Positions 9,274 through 22,734 are shown, counted from the first letter of the stretch. The stretch is 51,081 nucleotides of DNA from Myxococcales bacterium (GCA_036393595.1 DASWGQ010000053.1:1-51081), one strand, 5' to 3'. The notes: generated by a model from the letters alone, not told the origin. Made by a program: numbers and translations.

Positions 9274-9818
9274 CCTCGCGGAGCCGGCGCGTCCTCCGGT
9301 GGCGGCCATCCCACCGTCGCGGCGAGGAGCAGCTCGCAGAGGGCCCGCACCGCCCCGCGCCCCGCCCGGTGCGGGGCCACCCAGCGCACCTCGCGGAGCA
9401 CCTCGGGCGCCGCGTCCGCGGGCGCGCAGGACAGCGCGGCAATGCGCAGCGCCGGCAGATCGTTCACGTCGTCGCCCATGAACGCGGTGTCGGCGAGCGG
9501 GACGGCCACCTCGTCGCAGATCTGCTGCAGCGCGGGGCCCTTGGCGCGCGACGAGCCCACCACCGGCCCGATGGACAGCTCCCGGCAGCGCTGCTGCACC
9601 AGGTCCGCGCGCCGTCCCGTGAGCGCCGCGACCTTGATGCCGCCGTGGAGCTGCAAGAGGCGGAGCCCGTGGCCGTCGCGGACGTCGAACGCCTTCAACG
9701 CCTCGCCGTCCTTGCCATAGAAGAGGCGGCCGTCGGTGAGCGTGCCGTCGACGTCGAGCACGACCAGCCGGATGCGGCGCAAGAGCTCGCGCGGCGGCTT
9801 CCTGGATCGCGGCGGCAC
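9270..9818 (-). CDS. kdsC: 3-deoxy-D-manno-octulosonate 8-phosphate phosphatase (HAD family)
   Basis: The GTG start at 9818 inside ORF 9270..10103 gives about 182 aa. HAD motif I is VVLDVDGTLTDG and motif IV is MGDDVNDLP. The upstream part of the listed ORF is Arg/Ala/Pro junk. Confidence 0.8.
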   Translation of the reverse strand: MPPRSRKPPRELLRRIRLVVLDVDGTLTDGRLFYGKDGEALKAFDVRDGHGLRLLQLHGGIKVAALTGRRADLVQQRCRELSIGPVVGSSRAKGPALQQICDEVAVPLADTAFMGDDVNDLPALRIAALSCAPADAAPEVLREVRWVAPHRAGRGAVRALCELLLAATVGWPPPEDAPAPRG

Positions 9819-9831
9819 GCTTGGGCTTCTA

Positions 9832-10419
9832 TCAGAAGCGGAAGGCCGCGCCGCCCGAGCCCACCGCGCGGGCGCCGCGCGCCCCCTGCAGCACGCCCGC
9901 GGAGGCGAGCAGCGACAAGCGGCCGCGCGGGGCGAAGGCGAGGCCGCCCTGCACCTGCGTGAACGCGGCGGTGTGCTCGCGCGTGAAGTCGGTCGCGCCG
10001 AGCAGCGACACCTCGGCGAACGCGCCCAGGCGCGCGAGCGGCGCGAACCCCAGCTGCAGCGCCAGCTCGCCGTCGCTGGTATGGACCAGGCCCGGGCTGG
10101 CACCGACGACGCGGCCCAGCGTTCCCCGGACGGTCAGCTGGGCGGGTCCCGACCGGAAGGCGAGCACCCGCGCCTGGGCCGTCGGCCGGTAGAAGCCCTC
10201 CGGCCAGACGTCGAGCCCCACCCCCACGTCGACCGCATCCGATACGCCGTGATCGAGCCGCGCGCCATGGAACGGCCGCCCCGCGCGCGCGGTCAGCGCC
10301 GTGGCGCCGGCGGGCTGCGGACCCAAGGCACCCAGCGCCGGGAGCGGGTCCTCGGCCGATGGCGGCTCGAACGCCGTTGCGACCGCTGCGGCGGCCGCGG
10401 CGAGCAGGGCCGGGATCAT
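9832..10419 (-). CDS. Small outer-membrane beta-barrel protein (putative), unknown function
   Basis: The internal ATG at 10419 gives 195 aa: MIPALLAAAAAAVATAFEPP... (signal peptide). It has alternating hydrophobic beta-strand patterning and a C-terminal aromatic OMP signature ...GGAAFRF. Its start overlaps the stop of the upstream deacetylase gene (ATGA). Confidence 0.5.
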   Translation of the reverse strand: MIPALLAAAAAAVATAFEPPSAEDPLPALGALGPQPAGATALTARAGRPFHGARLDHGVSDAVDVGVGLDVWPEGFYRPTAQARVLAFRSGPAQLTVRGTLGRVVGASPGLVHTSDGELALQLGFAPLARLGAFAEVSLLGATDFTREHTAAFTQVQGGLAFAPRGRLSLLASAGVLQGARGARAVGSGGAAFRF

Positions 10420-11171
10420 CCGCCCCCCGTGTACGCTGTCTCCCAGGTTTCCGAGAGCATCGAGCGCAGGTCGGCGGCAGTGATGCCCCGGTGCATGGTC
10501 AGGCGCTGCAGGGTGAAGGGGTCGCTGTTCCCGCGGGCGCCCACCACTGCCCCACGGTAGCCGGCCCTCTCCACGGCGCGGCGGACCCATTGCATCTGGT
10601 CGTTGTACGGATACGCGAAGAGCTCGATGCGCTGACCCAGGTAGGCCTGGAGCACGGCGCGGCTCTGCTCGATCTCGGCGCGCAAGTCTGCCTTGCCCAG
10701 GCCGGCCAGCTTGCGATGGGAGACGCTATGCGAGCCGATCTCCATCCCGGCAGCCTGCAGGGCGCGAACCTCGGGCCAGACGAGATAGCGGCGGTAGGCC
10801 TTCGCGACCCGGGTGGCCGCGTCCTGCGCGCAGAATCCCGAGACGATGAAGAAGGTCGCCTTCTGCCCGCGCAGAAGGAGCCGCGGCAGCACCTCCGTCG
10901 AGGCGTCCTCGAAGCCGTCGTCGAAGGTGAGCACCACCGGGTGGCGGGGGAGCTTCCCCGCGCCGTCCTGCGCGTCGAGGACCTCGCGCAGCGTGATCGT
11001 CTCGAAGCCCGCCGAGCGGAGGAAGTCGAGCTGTGCGTCCAGCTCCTGCGGCGGGACAGTGAGCGGGTCCCCGGCGTCGCTCACCGAGTGGTACATGAGG
11101 ATGGGCACGCCCTCGCCGCACGCTGCGCAGAAGGCCGCGCAGAGCAGCAGCGCTGTCCGGGGAGGGGGCAC
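10416..11171 (-). CDS. Polysaccharide deacetylase (NodB-homology, CE4) family lipoprotein
   Basis: 251 aa with a GTG start. The lipobox-like N-terminus reads LLLCAAFCAAC. NodB motifs are LTFDDGF and GSHSVSH. Confidence 0.75.
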   Translation of the reverse strand: MPPPRTALLLCAAFCAACGEGVPILMYHSVSDAGDPLTVPPQELDAQLDFLRSAGFETITLREVLDAQDGAGKLPRHPVVLTFDDGFEDASTEVLPRLLLRGQKATFFIVSGFCAQDAATRVAKAYRRYLVWPEVRALQAAGMEIGSHSVSHRKLAGLGKADLRAEIEQSRAVLQAYLGQRIELFAYPYNDQMQWVRRAVERAGYRGAVVGARGNSDPFTLQRLTMHRGITAADLRSMLSETWETAYTGGG

Positions 11172-11233
11172 TCGGCGCGGACCCTACCATCTCCTGCCTA
11201 CGCGCCGTCCAGTACCGCTGTAAAGGCGTGCAG

Positions 11234-15538
<4,305 letters not shown>

Positions 15539-15564
<26 letters not shown>

Positions 15565-15841
15565 CCCAGGCGATCGCGTCCTCGATCCGGTCCTGCCCGA
15601 AGAACAGCTCCGATACGACCAGGCAATTCGGCGCTCCGAAGATGCCCGACGCGCGCGCCCGCTCGGTGTTCGCGCGCAGCGCCGCCTTGGCTTCCGGCGA
15701 GGCGTCGCGGGCGAGCACCGCCTCCGCGTCGCCTCCGCCGGCGCGCACAGCCGACCCGACGACCCCTGGATCGTCGATGTCCTGGTCGCTCGCGAAGTTC
15801 GCGCGGCACGGGGACACGCGCAGCCTTCTAGCGCGTCCCAC
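15539..15841 (-). pseudogene. C-terminal fragment of a DsbA-family 2-hydroxychromene-2-carboxylate isomerase-like gene (5'-truncated remnant)
   Basis: The 100-aa ORF ends ...PEAKAALRANTERARASGIFGAPNCLVVSELFFGQDRIEDAIAWA, which matches only the last ~85 residues of ~200-aa HCCA-isomerase/DsbA-like proteins. There is no room for the thioredoxin-fold N-terminal half, because the wecB stop is at 15933. The 3' end overlaps the convergent 14566..15564 gene by 26 nt. Confidence 0.45.
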
Positions 15842-15932
15842 CCGCAGGTGTGCAGGCTGCGCTCGGCGGGCGGCTAGAACAGCTTCGCGCGCAAGCGCCG
15901 CAGGCGCGACAGGCGCCGGCGCGGTTTCCTTC

Positions 15933-17042
15933 TCATCTCCCCCGCTCCTCGCAGAACCCCACCAGGAGGCGCGCGATCCGCTCCGCAGCCCGCCCGTCCC
16001 AGAGGTCCGGCACGCGGCCCTTCTTCCCGCGTCCTTCCAGCACCGCCAGCGCCGCGGGCACCACCTGCGCCGGGTCCGTCCCCACCAGGGTGTTGCTGCC
16101 CACCTCCACCGTCACGGGGCGCTCGGTGTTGTGCCGCACCGTCAGGCACGGCACGCCCAGCGCGGTGGTTTCCTCCTGGATGCCCCCCGAGTCAGTCATC
16201 ACCAGGCGAGCATTCGCCGTGAGGGCGAGGAAGTCCAGATAACCGATGGGGTCGGCGAGCTTGAGCCCGCGCGCGCCCTCCGCCTTGGCTCCCAGGGAGG
16301 CGTCCATCGACAGCCGCGCGCGCGTGCGCGGATGGACGGGGAACACCACCGGGATGCGCCCCGAGACCTCGGCCAGCGCGACGAGCAGCCTCTCCAGCGC
16401 GGCCGGTTCGTCCACGTTGCTCGGCCGGTGCAGCGTCGCCAGCGCGTACTCCCCCTTGCGCACCCCCAGCTGCTGGTGGATGCGGCTCTCGCGCGCCCGG
16501 GGCAGCGCGGCCTGCAGGCTGTCGATCATCACGTTTCCGACGAAGTGCACCCGGCCGGGGTCGATGCCTTCCTTCGCGAGGTTCTCGTCGGCATCCCGGG
16601 AGGGAGTGAAGAGGAGCTCCGACATCCGGTCGGTCAGGACGCGGTTGATCTCCTCGGGCATGTGCCAGTCCCAGGACCGCAGCCCGGCCTCGATGTGCGC
16701 GACCGCGACGCCGAGCTTCGCCGCCACCAGCGCCACGGCCACCGTCGAGTTGACGTCGCCCGCCACCACCGCCACGTCGGGCTCCTCGCGCAGGATCACC
16801 GGCTCGACCTCGACCATGATCTTCGCCGTCTGCTGCGCGTGCGACCCGCTCCCCACCCCGAGGTGCGCGTCGGGCGCCGGCATCTCCAGGTCCTGGAAGA
16901 AGACGTCCGACATCCTGGGGTCGTAGTGCTGCCCGGTGTGCACCAGCACCTGCCGCACCCGCGGGTCCTTGCGCAGCTGGGCGAAGACCGGCGCCACCTT
17001 CATGAAGTTGGGCCGTGCCCCGACGACGTGGAGGAATTTCAT
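15933..17042 (-). CDS. wecB: UDP-N-acetylglucosamine 2-epimerase (non-hydrolysing)
   Basis: The internal ATG at 17042 gives 369 aa: MKFLHVVGARPNFMKVAPVFAQL..., with the TDSGGIQEE motif. Confidence 0.9.
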   Translation of the reverse strand: MKFLHVVGARPNFMKVAPVFAQLRKDPRVRQVLVHTGQHYDPRMSDVFFQDLEMPAPDAHLGVGSGSHAQQTAKIMVEVEPVILREEPDVAVVAGDVNSTVAVALVAAKLGVAVAHIEAGLRSWDWHMPEEINRVLTDRMSELLFTPSRDADENLAKEGIDPGRVHFVGNVMIDSLQAALPRARESRIHQQLGVRKGEYALATLHRPSNVDEPAALERLLVALAEVSGRIPVVFPVHPRTRARLSMDASLGAKAEGARGLKLADPIGYLDFLALTANARLVMTDSGGIQEETTALGVPCLTVRHNTERPVTVEVGSNTLVGTDPAQVVPAALAVLEGRGKKGRVPDLWDGRAAERIARLLVGFCEERGR

Positions 17043-17139
17043 GACCCCCGTCAGGTGGGCACGCCGGGCCACGCCTGCAAAGTTCTGTCCGCTACCCGAC
17101 GGTGCCACGGGAGCCGCGGCGGGTTACGTTGTCAGTCGG

Positions 17140-18153
17140 ATGATCGAGGATGCCGCCCGCGCGCTGGTCCATTTCGAGGTGGAGCCGAACTACGCGGGCT
17201 GGACCCTGGCCGCGTACGTCGCGGAGAAGCTGAAGCGCCCGCTGGCGCCGGCGCGCCTGGACCGGCTGCTGCGCGGCCGCGCGCTGGTGCACGGCGAGCG
17301 GGAGCTTCTCCCGGAGACGCGCATCTGGCCCGGGCTCCGCTTCTCGCTGCGCAAGCGCTCGCCCGGCGACGACGGTGAGCCTCCGGCCATCCCGGTCGTC
17401 TACGAGGACGACGCGCTGCTGGTGGTGGACAAGCCCGCCGGGCTCGCGCTGCACCCGACCGCCCGCTACCACCTGTCGACGCTGACGCGGGCGCTGGAGA
17501 CCCGCCACCGGAACGCGGCGGGCGAGAAACCCGACCCGGCGCACCGCCTGGATCGCGAGACGAGCGGCCTGGTGGCCTGCGGCCGCGGATCCTTGCACAC
17601 GCGCGCTCTCAAGGCGGCCTTCGCGGCGCGGGAGGTGGAGAAGGCCTACCTGGCGCTGTGCGAGGGCGAGCCCCGCGCGGACGAGTTCCAGGTCGACGTG
17701 CCGCTCTCGGTGGGCAGCGAGCGCATCAAGGTGAAGGCGCGTCCGGACCCGGAGGGAATGGCCGCCGTGACCGTCTTCCGGGTGCTGGCGCGCTACCGCG
17801 ATCCCCAGGGGAAGCCGCTGGCGCTCCTGCGCTGCGAGCCGCGGACCGGGCGCCAGCACCAGATCCGCGCGCACCTGCACGCGGCGGCGTCGCCGCTGGT
17901 CGGCGACAAGCTGTACGGGCCCGACGACGGCATCTTCCTCAGGCTGGCCGAGAGCGGAGGCGCCCCGGCCCCGCGAGGCGAGTTCGACGACCTGATCACG
18001 CCCGAGGAGCGCCGCGCGCTGCGCCACCACCGCCAGGCGCTGCACGCCTCCGAGCTGACGGTCCCCCACCCGGTCACGGGCGAGCGCATGCGTTTCGAGT
18101 CCCCGCTCCCCGACGATCTCCAGCAGCTCATCTCGTCGCTGAAGCCAATCTGA
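17140..18153 (+). CDS. RluA-family 23S/tRNA pseudouridine synthase
   Basis: The internal ATG at 17140 (MIEDAARALVHFEV...) avoids overlap with wecB. The catalytic motif is HRLDRETSGLV, and TGRQHQIRAHL is also present. Confidence 0.85.
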   Translation: MIEDAARALVHFEVEPNYAGWTLAAYVAEKLKRPLAPARLDRLLRGRALVHGERELLPETRIWPGLRFSLRKRSPGDDGEPPAIPVVYEDDALLVVDKPAGLALHPTARYHLSTLTRALETRHRNAAGEKPDPAHRLDRETSGLVACGRGSLHTRALKAAFAAREVEKAYLALCEGEPRADEFQVDVPLSVGSERIKVKARPDPEGMAAVTVFRVLARYRDPQGKPLALLRCEPRTGRQHQIRAHLHAAASPLVGDKLYGPDDGIFLRLAESGGAPAPRGEFDDLITPEERRALRHHRQALHASELTVPHPVTGERMRFESPLPDDLQQLISSLKPI

Positions 18154-18171
18154 AAAAGCGGTTGCGCTTTT
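18154..18171. terminator. Bidirectional A-tract/stem/T-tract hairpin between the convergent rluA-family and epimerase genes
   Basis: The sequence AAAAGCG-GTTG-CGCTTTT forms a 7-bp stem with a 4-nt loop, directly after the TGA at 18151-18153. The stem is weak. Confidence 0.4.
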
Positions 18172-18186
18172 CGAACGGTCCGTCCG

Positions 18187-19149
18187 CTACGCGGCGCGGT
18201 CCAGGGTGGCGCGCCACGACTCGACCAGGCCGGCGAGGCCTTCGGCGAGGCCGACGCGGGGTTCGTACCCGAGCACCCGGCGGGCCTTGGTCAGGTCGGC
18301 GGACGAGGCGCGGAGATCGCCGGCGCGCGCCGGCTGGTGCTCCGGCTCCAGGTGCGCCGCGGCGGGGCCGATCGCGTGCTTGATCAGCCGGATCAACTCC
18401 AGGAGCGAGGCGCTCCGGCCGCTGGCCACGTTGACGATCTCGCCCGGCGCATCCTTTGCGGTGGCCGCGAGCAGGTTCGCCCGCACCACGTCCGAGACGT
18501 GCACGAAGTCGCGGGTCTGCAGCCCGTCGCCGAACACGATGGGCCGATCTCCCGACAAGAGGCGCGTCACGAACCTCGGGATGGCCGCCGCGTATTCGCT
18601 CTTCGGGTCCTGGCGCGGCCCGTAGACGTTGAAGAAGCGGAGCCCGACGCAGGGCAACCCGAAGGCGCGCGCATAGGTCTGCGCATACAGCTCGCAAGCG
18701 ACCTTCTGCGCCGCGTACGGCGAGGCGGGCCGGGGGAGGAGCGCTTCGTGCTTCGGCTGCTCCGCCCCGTCGCCGTAGGCCGCGCACGAGCAGGCGAGCA
18801 CCACCCGCTCGACGCGCGCGCGCAGCGCCGCCTGCAGCACGTTCACCGTCCCGCCCACGTTCACCGCGGTGGTGCGCTCCGGCTCCTGCATCGAGACCGG
18901 CACGGAAGGGATCGCGGCCAGGTGGAAGACCCACTTCGAGCCCGCCAGCAGCCGCGCGACCGCCTGCGGATCCGCGATGCTCCCCTCGATCAGCTGGAAA
19001 CGTGCGTGGCCCGCGAGCAGCGCCGCCGTCTCACGCGTTCCGCTGGAGAAATCGTCGAGCCCGACGACTTCGTGGCCCTGCCTCAGCAGCTCTTCCGCGA
19101 CCTGTCCGCCGATGAAACCCGCCGCCCCGGTGACGCAGACCTTCGCCAT
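18187..19149 (-). CDS. NAD-dependent nucleotide-sugar epimerase/dehydratase (extended SDR)
   Basis: 320 aa. The Rossmann motif is VTGAAGFIGG and the catalytic YxxxK is in SPYAAQKVA. The substrate cannot be assigned from sequence alone. Confidence 0.85.
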   Translation of the reverse strand: MAKVCVTGAAGFIGGQVAEELLRQGHEVVGLDDFSSGTRETAALLAGHARFQLIEGSIADPQAVARLLAGSKWVFHLAAIPSVPVSMQEPERTTAVNVGGTVNVLQAALRARVERVVLACSCAAYGDGAEQPKHEALLPRPASPYAAQKVACELYAQTYARAFGLPCVGLRFFNVYGPRQDPKSEYAAAIPRFVTRLLSGDRPIVFGDGLQTRDFVHVSDVVRANLLAATAKDAPGEIVNVASGRSASLLELIRLIKHAIGPAAAHLEPEHQPARAGDLRASSADLTKARRVLGYEPRVGLAEGLAGLVESWRATLDRAA

Positions 19150-19178
19150 TCTCCCCCTCCAATGCGGAGGACTTCAGG

Positions 19179-19472
19179 TCACGGAAAGGTCAAGCCGCAG
19201 CCGGCCCTTCCCTCCGGCGTGGCGAGGTTCCGGCAGTCGCAAGCGTGGGAGTCCAGCTTCTGCTGGCAGTACTCCTTGTCCTGCGGGCTGACCGAGAAGA
19301 TCGATGCCGCGTCCTTCGCCCTCTGGTTGCACACCGCCCTCGTGCCGTCGTCCGGGAAACACACGCAGATCTGGCCGGCCAGATCCCTGCACGGGTCCCC
19401 GCAGCCGGCGGCTGCCGTCAGGGTGAGCATGCAGCCGAGGAGTAGCAAGAGCTTGACAACACGGCAGGTCAT
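19179..19472 (-). CDS. Small cysteine-rich lipoprotein, unknown function
   Basis: 97 aa. The signal peptide plus lipobox reads LTLTAAAGC. There are eight further Cys in the ~73-aa mature part (C-x3-C, C-x-C and C-x-C spacings). GC3 is good in frame. Confidence 0.6.
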   Translation of the reverse strand: MTCRVVKLLLLLGCMLTLTAAAGCGDPCRDLAGQICVCFPDDGTRAVCNQRAKDAASIFSVSPQDKEYCQQKLDSHACDCRNLATPEGRAGCGLTFP

Positions 19473-19543
19473 GGCCGCGGCGATCTACCACGGATTCAAG
19501 CTTGCGGAACCTCGGAATCCGCTGCTCAGTGAACGGAGACCAT

Positions 19544-20185
19544 ATGCGCTACCTGTGGCTGCACGGGTTCGCCAGCGGGCCCGAGTCCAGCAAGGGCCGG
19601 TTCGTCCGCGAGCGCCTCGCCGCGCGCGGCGCGCGGCTGGAGATCCCCGACCTGAACCAGCCGGCGTTCCGGGACCTGAGCGTGACCCGCATGCTGGGGC
19701 AGATCGACGCGCTGCTCCAGAGCGACCCGGCGGTGCTCTTCGGGTCCAGCCTGGGCGGGTACACCGCGGCGCTCTGGTCCGCGCTGCGCCCGGGCCGCGC
19801 CCGCGCCCTGGTGTTGCTGGCCCCCGCGTTCGATCTGGCCGAGCGCTGGAAGCGGCGCATCGGGGCCGACGAGCTGCGGCGCTGGCGCGAGCGGGGCGAG
19901 GCGCTCGTCGATCACCACGCCTGGAGCCGCAAGGAGGCCCTTTCGATCGGGTTCCTGGAGGACGCCGGCCGGCACCAGCCGTTTCCGCTCCCCGACGCGC
20001 CTGCGCTGGTGCTGCAGGGCAGTCGCGACGAGGTGGTCACGCCCGATCTCGCCCCGGAGTTCGTCCGGCGGATGCGCGAGCGCGGGCGCGAGGCGCGCCT
20101 GGTCCTGCTGGACGATGGACACGAGCTGAGCGCCGACCTGCCGCGCTTGTGGCGCGAGATCGAGCCGCACCTGAGCTCAAGGTGA
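19544..20185 (+). CDS. Alpha/beta hydrolase, YqiA/UPF0227-like esterase
   Basis: ATG at 19544 follows GGAGA and gives MRYLWLHGFASGPESSKG... The nucleophile elbow is GSSLGG and a His lies near the C-terminus (DDGHEL). Confidence 0.7.
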   Translation: MRYLWLHGFASGPESSKGRFVRERLAARGARLEIPDLNQPAFRDLSVTRMLGQIDALLQSDPAVLFGSSLGGYTAALWSALRPGRARALVLLAPAFDLAERWKRRIGADELRRWRERGEALVDHHAWSRKEALSIGFLEDAGRHQPFPLPDAPALVLQGSRDEVVTPDLAPEFVRRMRERGREARLVLLDDGHELSADLPRLWREIEPHLSSR

Positions 20186-20198
20186 TCTCTTGGGGGGT

Positions 20199-20242
20199 CG
20201 AGGGGGGAGCGAGCTCCCCCTCGTAGAGGCGCCGAAGGCGCC
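20199..20242. terminator. Two adjacent GC-rich hairpins between the convergent esterase and ugd genes
   Basis: The first hairpin is CGAGGGGGGAGCGAGCTCCCCCTCG (20199-20223). The second is GGCGCC-GAA-GGCGCC (20228-20242). Confidence 0.45.
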
Positions 20243-20281
20243 GGATCGAAGAGCGTGATGTGTACGGCAGATCGTGTCACA

Positions 20282-21592
20282 TCAAGAGCGGCGGCCCACT
20301 CCGTAGTAGGTGAAGCCCAACTCGGCCAGGCGCTGAGGGTTCCAGATGTTGCGGCCGTCGAAGACCACCGGCCTCGCCATCAGCTGCTTCACCCGCGCGA
20401 AGTCCGGCTGGCGGAACTCGTTCCACTCGGTGACCAGGAAGAGGGCTTCCGCCCCTTCCACGGCTGCGTACGGATTCGCGGCGTACTGGACGCGGGCGCC
20501 CAGCTGCCTGCGCGCCGGCTCCATCGCGACCGGATCGTGGGCGGCGACGACCGCGCCGTCGGCGAGCAGCTCCTCGATGAGCGCGAGGGCCGGCGCGGCG
20601 CGGATGTCGTCCGTCTTCGGCTTGAACGCGAGCCCCCACACCGCGACCTTGCGGCCGCGCACGCCGCCGGCCGGGCCGAAGTGCGCGCGCGCCTTCTGCG
20701 CCAGGAGACGCTTCTGCCGGTCGTTGACGGCGTCCACCGCGGCCAGAAGCGCGAAATCGAGGCCCTGGGTCCGCGCGGTGGCGACCAGCGCCTTGACGTC
20801 CTTGGGGAAGCAGGACCCGCCATAGCCCACGCCGGGGAAGAGGAAGGGGTGGCCGATCCGCTTGTCCGCGCCCAGCGCCTTGCGGACCGCGTCCACGTCC
20901 GCGCCGACGCGCTCGCACAGGTTCGCCACCTCGTTGATGAAGCTGATGCGCATCGCCAGCATGGCGTTGGCGGCGTACTTGGTCAGCTCCGCCGAGGCGG
21001 GGTCCATGAAATAGATGGGGCTCTCGGTGCGCACGAACGGCGCGTACAGCTCGGCGACGACCGCCCGGGCGCGCTCGCTGAAAGCGCCGATGACGATGCG
21101 GTCCGGGCGCTGGAAGTCGTCGATCGCGGCCCCTTCCTTGAGGAACTCCGGGTTGGACACCACCTCGATGGGCACCTTCGTCCGGGCCGCCACCTCGGCC
21201 TGCATGCGGGCGGCGGTGCCCACCGGCACGGTGCTCTTGTTGACGATCACGGTGTAGCGCTCGGCGGTGTCGGCGACGTCGTGGGCCACCTTCATGGCCG
21301 TGCGCAGGTCCGCGTTGCCGTCGTCGCCTTGCGGGGTCCCCACCGCGATGAACACCACCTCCGCGCCGCGCACCGCGCCCGGAAGATCGGTGGTGAAGGA
21401 GAGGCGCTCGGCCTTGAGGTTGCGCGCGAGCAGCTCCTCGAGGCCCGGCTCGTAGATGGGCGTCCCTCCCTTGCGGAGGGTCTGCACCTTCGCCTCGTCG
21501 ACGTCGACGCAGACCACCACATGTCCGGTCTCGGCGAAGCAGGTGCCCGCGACCAGGCCGACGTAGCCGGTTCCCACCACTGCGATGCGCAT
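20282..21592 (-). CDS. ugd: UDP-glucose 6-dehydrogenase
   Basis: 436 aa, starting MRIAVVGTGYVGLVAGTCFAETGH. The catalytic Cys context is YGGSCFPKDV. Confidence 0.9.
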   Translation of the reverse strand: MRIAVVGTGYVGLVAGTCFAETGHVVVCVDVDEAKVQTLRKGGTPIYEPGLEELLARNLKAERLSFTTDLPGAVRGAEVVFIAVGTPQGDDGNADLRTAMKVAHDVADTAERYTVIVNKSTVPVGTAARMQAEVAARTKVPIEVVSNPEFLKEGAAIDDFQRPDRIVIGAFSERARAVVAELYAPFVRTESPIYFMDPASAELTKYAANAMLAMRISFINEVANLCERVGADVDAVRKALGADKRIGHPFLFPGVGYGGSCFPKDVKALVATARTQGLDFALLAAVDAVNDRQKRLLAQKARAHFGPAGGVRGRKVAVWGLAFKPKTDDIRAAPALALIEELLADGAVVAAHDPVAMEPARRQLGARVQYAANPYAAVEGAEALFLVTEWNEFRQPDFARVKQLMARPVVFDGRNIWNPQRLAELGFTYYGVGRRS

Positions 21593-21626
21593 GCGCCCTC
21601 AGTTCCTCCGTGGAAGGCGCGCGAAC

Positions 21627-22637
21627 CTACTCGACGCTCCCCTGCTCCGCAATCAATCCCAGGGCCCGGGCGACCTGCAAGAGGGCCCCTGGCCGGGCCG
21701 GCTCGGCGGCGAGCTCGAATCCATCCACGGCGCGCCCCAGCTCGCCGGGCAGGTCGAGTCGGGGAATGCGCGCGGGGTCGACCTCGGCCCCGCCGAACCG
21801 CCGCGCCGCCGCCGCGCACCGCTCGAGCAGGAGCAGCGCGGCGCCGAGCTGGGGCAAGAGGCGCGCCTGCCTGGCGCGGGCCACCGCCATGGCGGGATCG
21901 CACCGCCGGAAGAGGTGGGCGAGGTCGACGACCTCGATGAGCGGAGCGCGGAGCGCGCGCTCGGCCAGCGCCAGCGCGTGCACCAGGATCGCGTCGTCGG
22001 GGTGCAGCCGGGTCCCCTGCGCGCGCAGGCAGAGCGCCCCGGCCGGCAGCGCGCTCTCGACCTCGGGCTCCGGGCCCGCGCCGGCGCGCGGCGCCGCGGG
22101 AGCGCCGCCCGGAGGGGGAAAGCCGCGGCGCAGGTGGATCGCCACGCGCGCTTCGCGCGGATCGCGCAGCCGCAGGACCAACCAGCCCTTCTCCGGCCGC
22201 TCCTCGATGCGGTAGCCGCGGCGCGAGAGGCGCTCGAGCGCCGCGAAGGTGCGGGACGGCGCGATGAGCATCTCCAGCTCGCGGAGAGGCCGCAGCTCGG
22301 GGGCGGTGTACAGGTCCTCGGCGTGGGCGGCGCCGTGCACCACCAGCGCGCCGGCGCCCTCCAGCGCTCCGCCGAGGCGGAGCAGGGCGGCGTGCTGCCA
22401 GCGCCGGTCGGCCTGCGCGGCTTCCCGCAGCTTGCGCAGGTCCTCCCGCGCTTCGTCCGGCAGCTTCGGCGCGACGGCGTGCAGCAGCGGCCCGACGCCG
22501 TGCGCCTCGGCCAGCGCCAGGACTTCCGGCCAGCTCCTCTCCAGGCCAGGCAGGAGCGGCACGCCGCGCAACAGCCCGAGCAGCGCCGTTTCCGGCGCCT
22601 TGGGCCGCCTTTGCGCCAACTTGAGCGGGAACCCCAC
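21627..22637 (-). CDS. Uncharacterised nucleotidyltransferase-family (NTP_transf_5-like) protein
   Basis: 336 aa. The pattern ...AHGVGPLLH...LEGAGALVVHGAAHAEDLYTAPELRPLRELEMLIAP...LSRRGYRI resembles the 'LKG..l....Y.dp.lR...DiDlLV....L...Gy' core of that family. The similarity was judged by eye only. Confidence 0.45.
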   Translation of the reverse strand: MGFPLKLAQRRPKAPETALLGLLRGVPLLPGLERSWPEVLALAEAHGVGPLLHAVAPKLPDEAREDLRKLREAAQADRRWQHAALLRLGGALEGAGALVVHGAAHAEDLYTAPELRPLRELEMLIAPSRTFAALERLSRRGYRIEERPEKGWLVLRLRDPREARVAIHLRRGFPPPGGAPAAPRAGAGPEPEVESALPAGALCLRAQGTRLHPDDAILVHALALAERALRAPLIEVVDLAHLFRRCDPAMAVARARQARLLPQLGAALLLLERCAAAARRFGGAEVDPARIPRLDLPGELGRAVDGFELAAEPARPGALLQVARALGLIAEQGSVE

Positions 22638-22734
22638 CTTCAGAGCCTACGCGACTCCCTCACGCCCGATCCACTTCGCGACGCCCGCGACACACCAGGG
22701 GGGCAATCCGGCAAAAACGACTGCACAACAAAGC

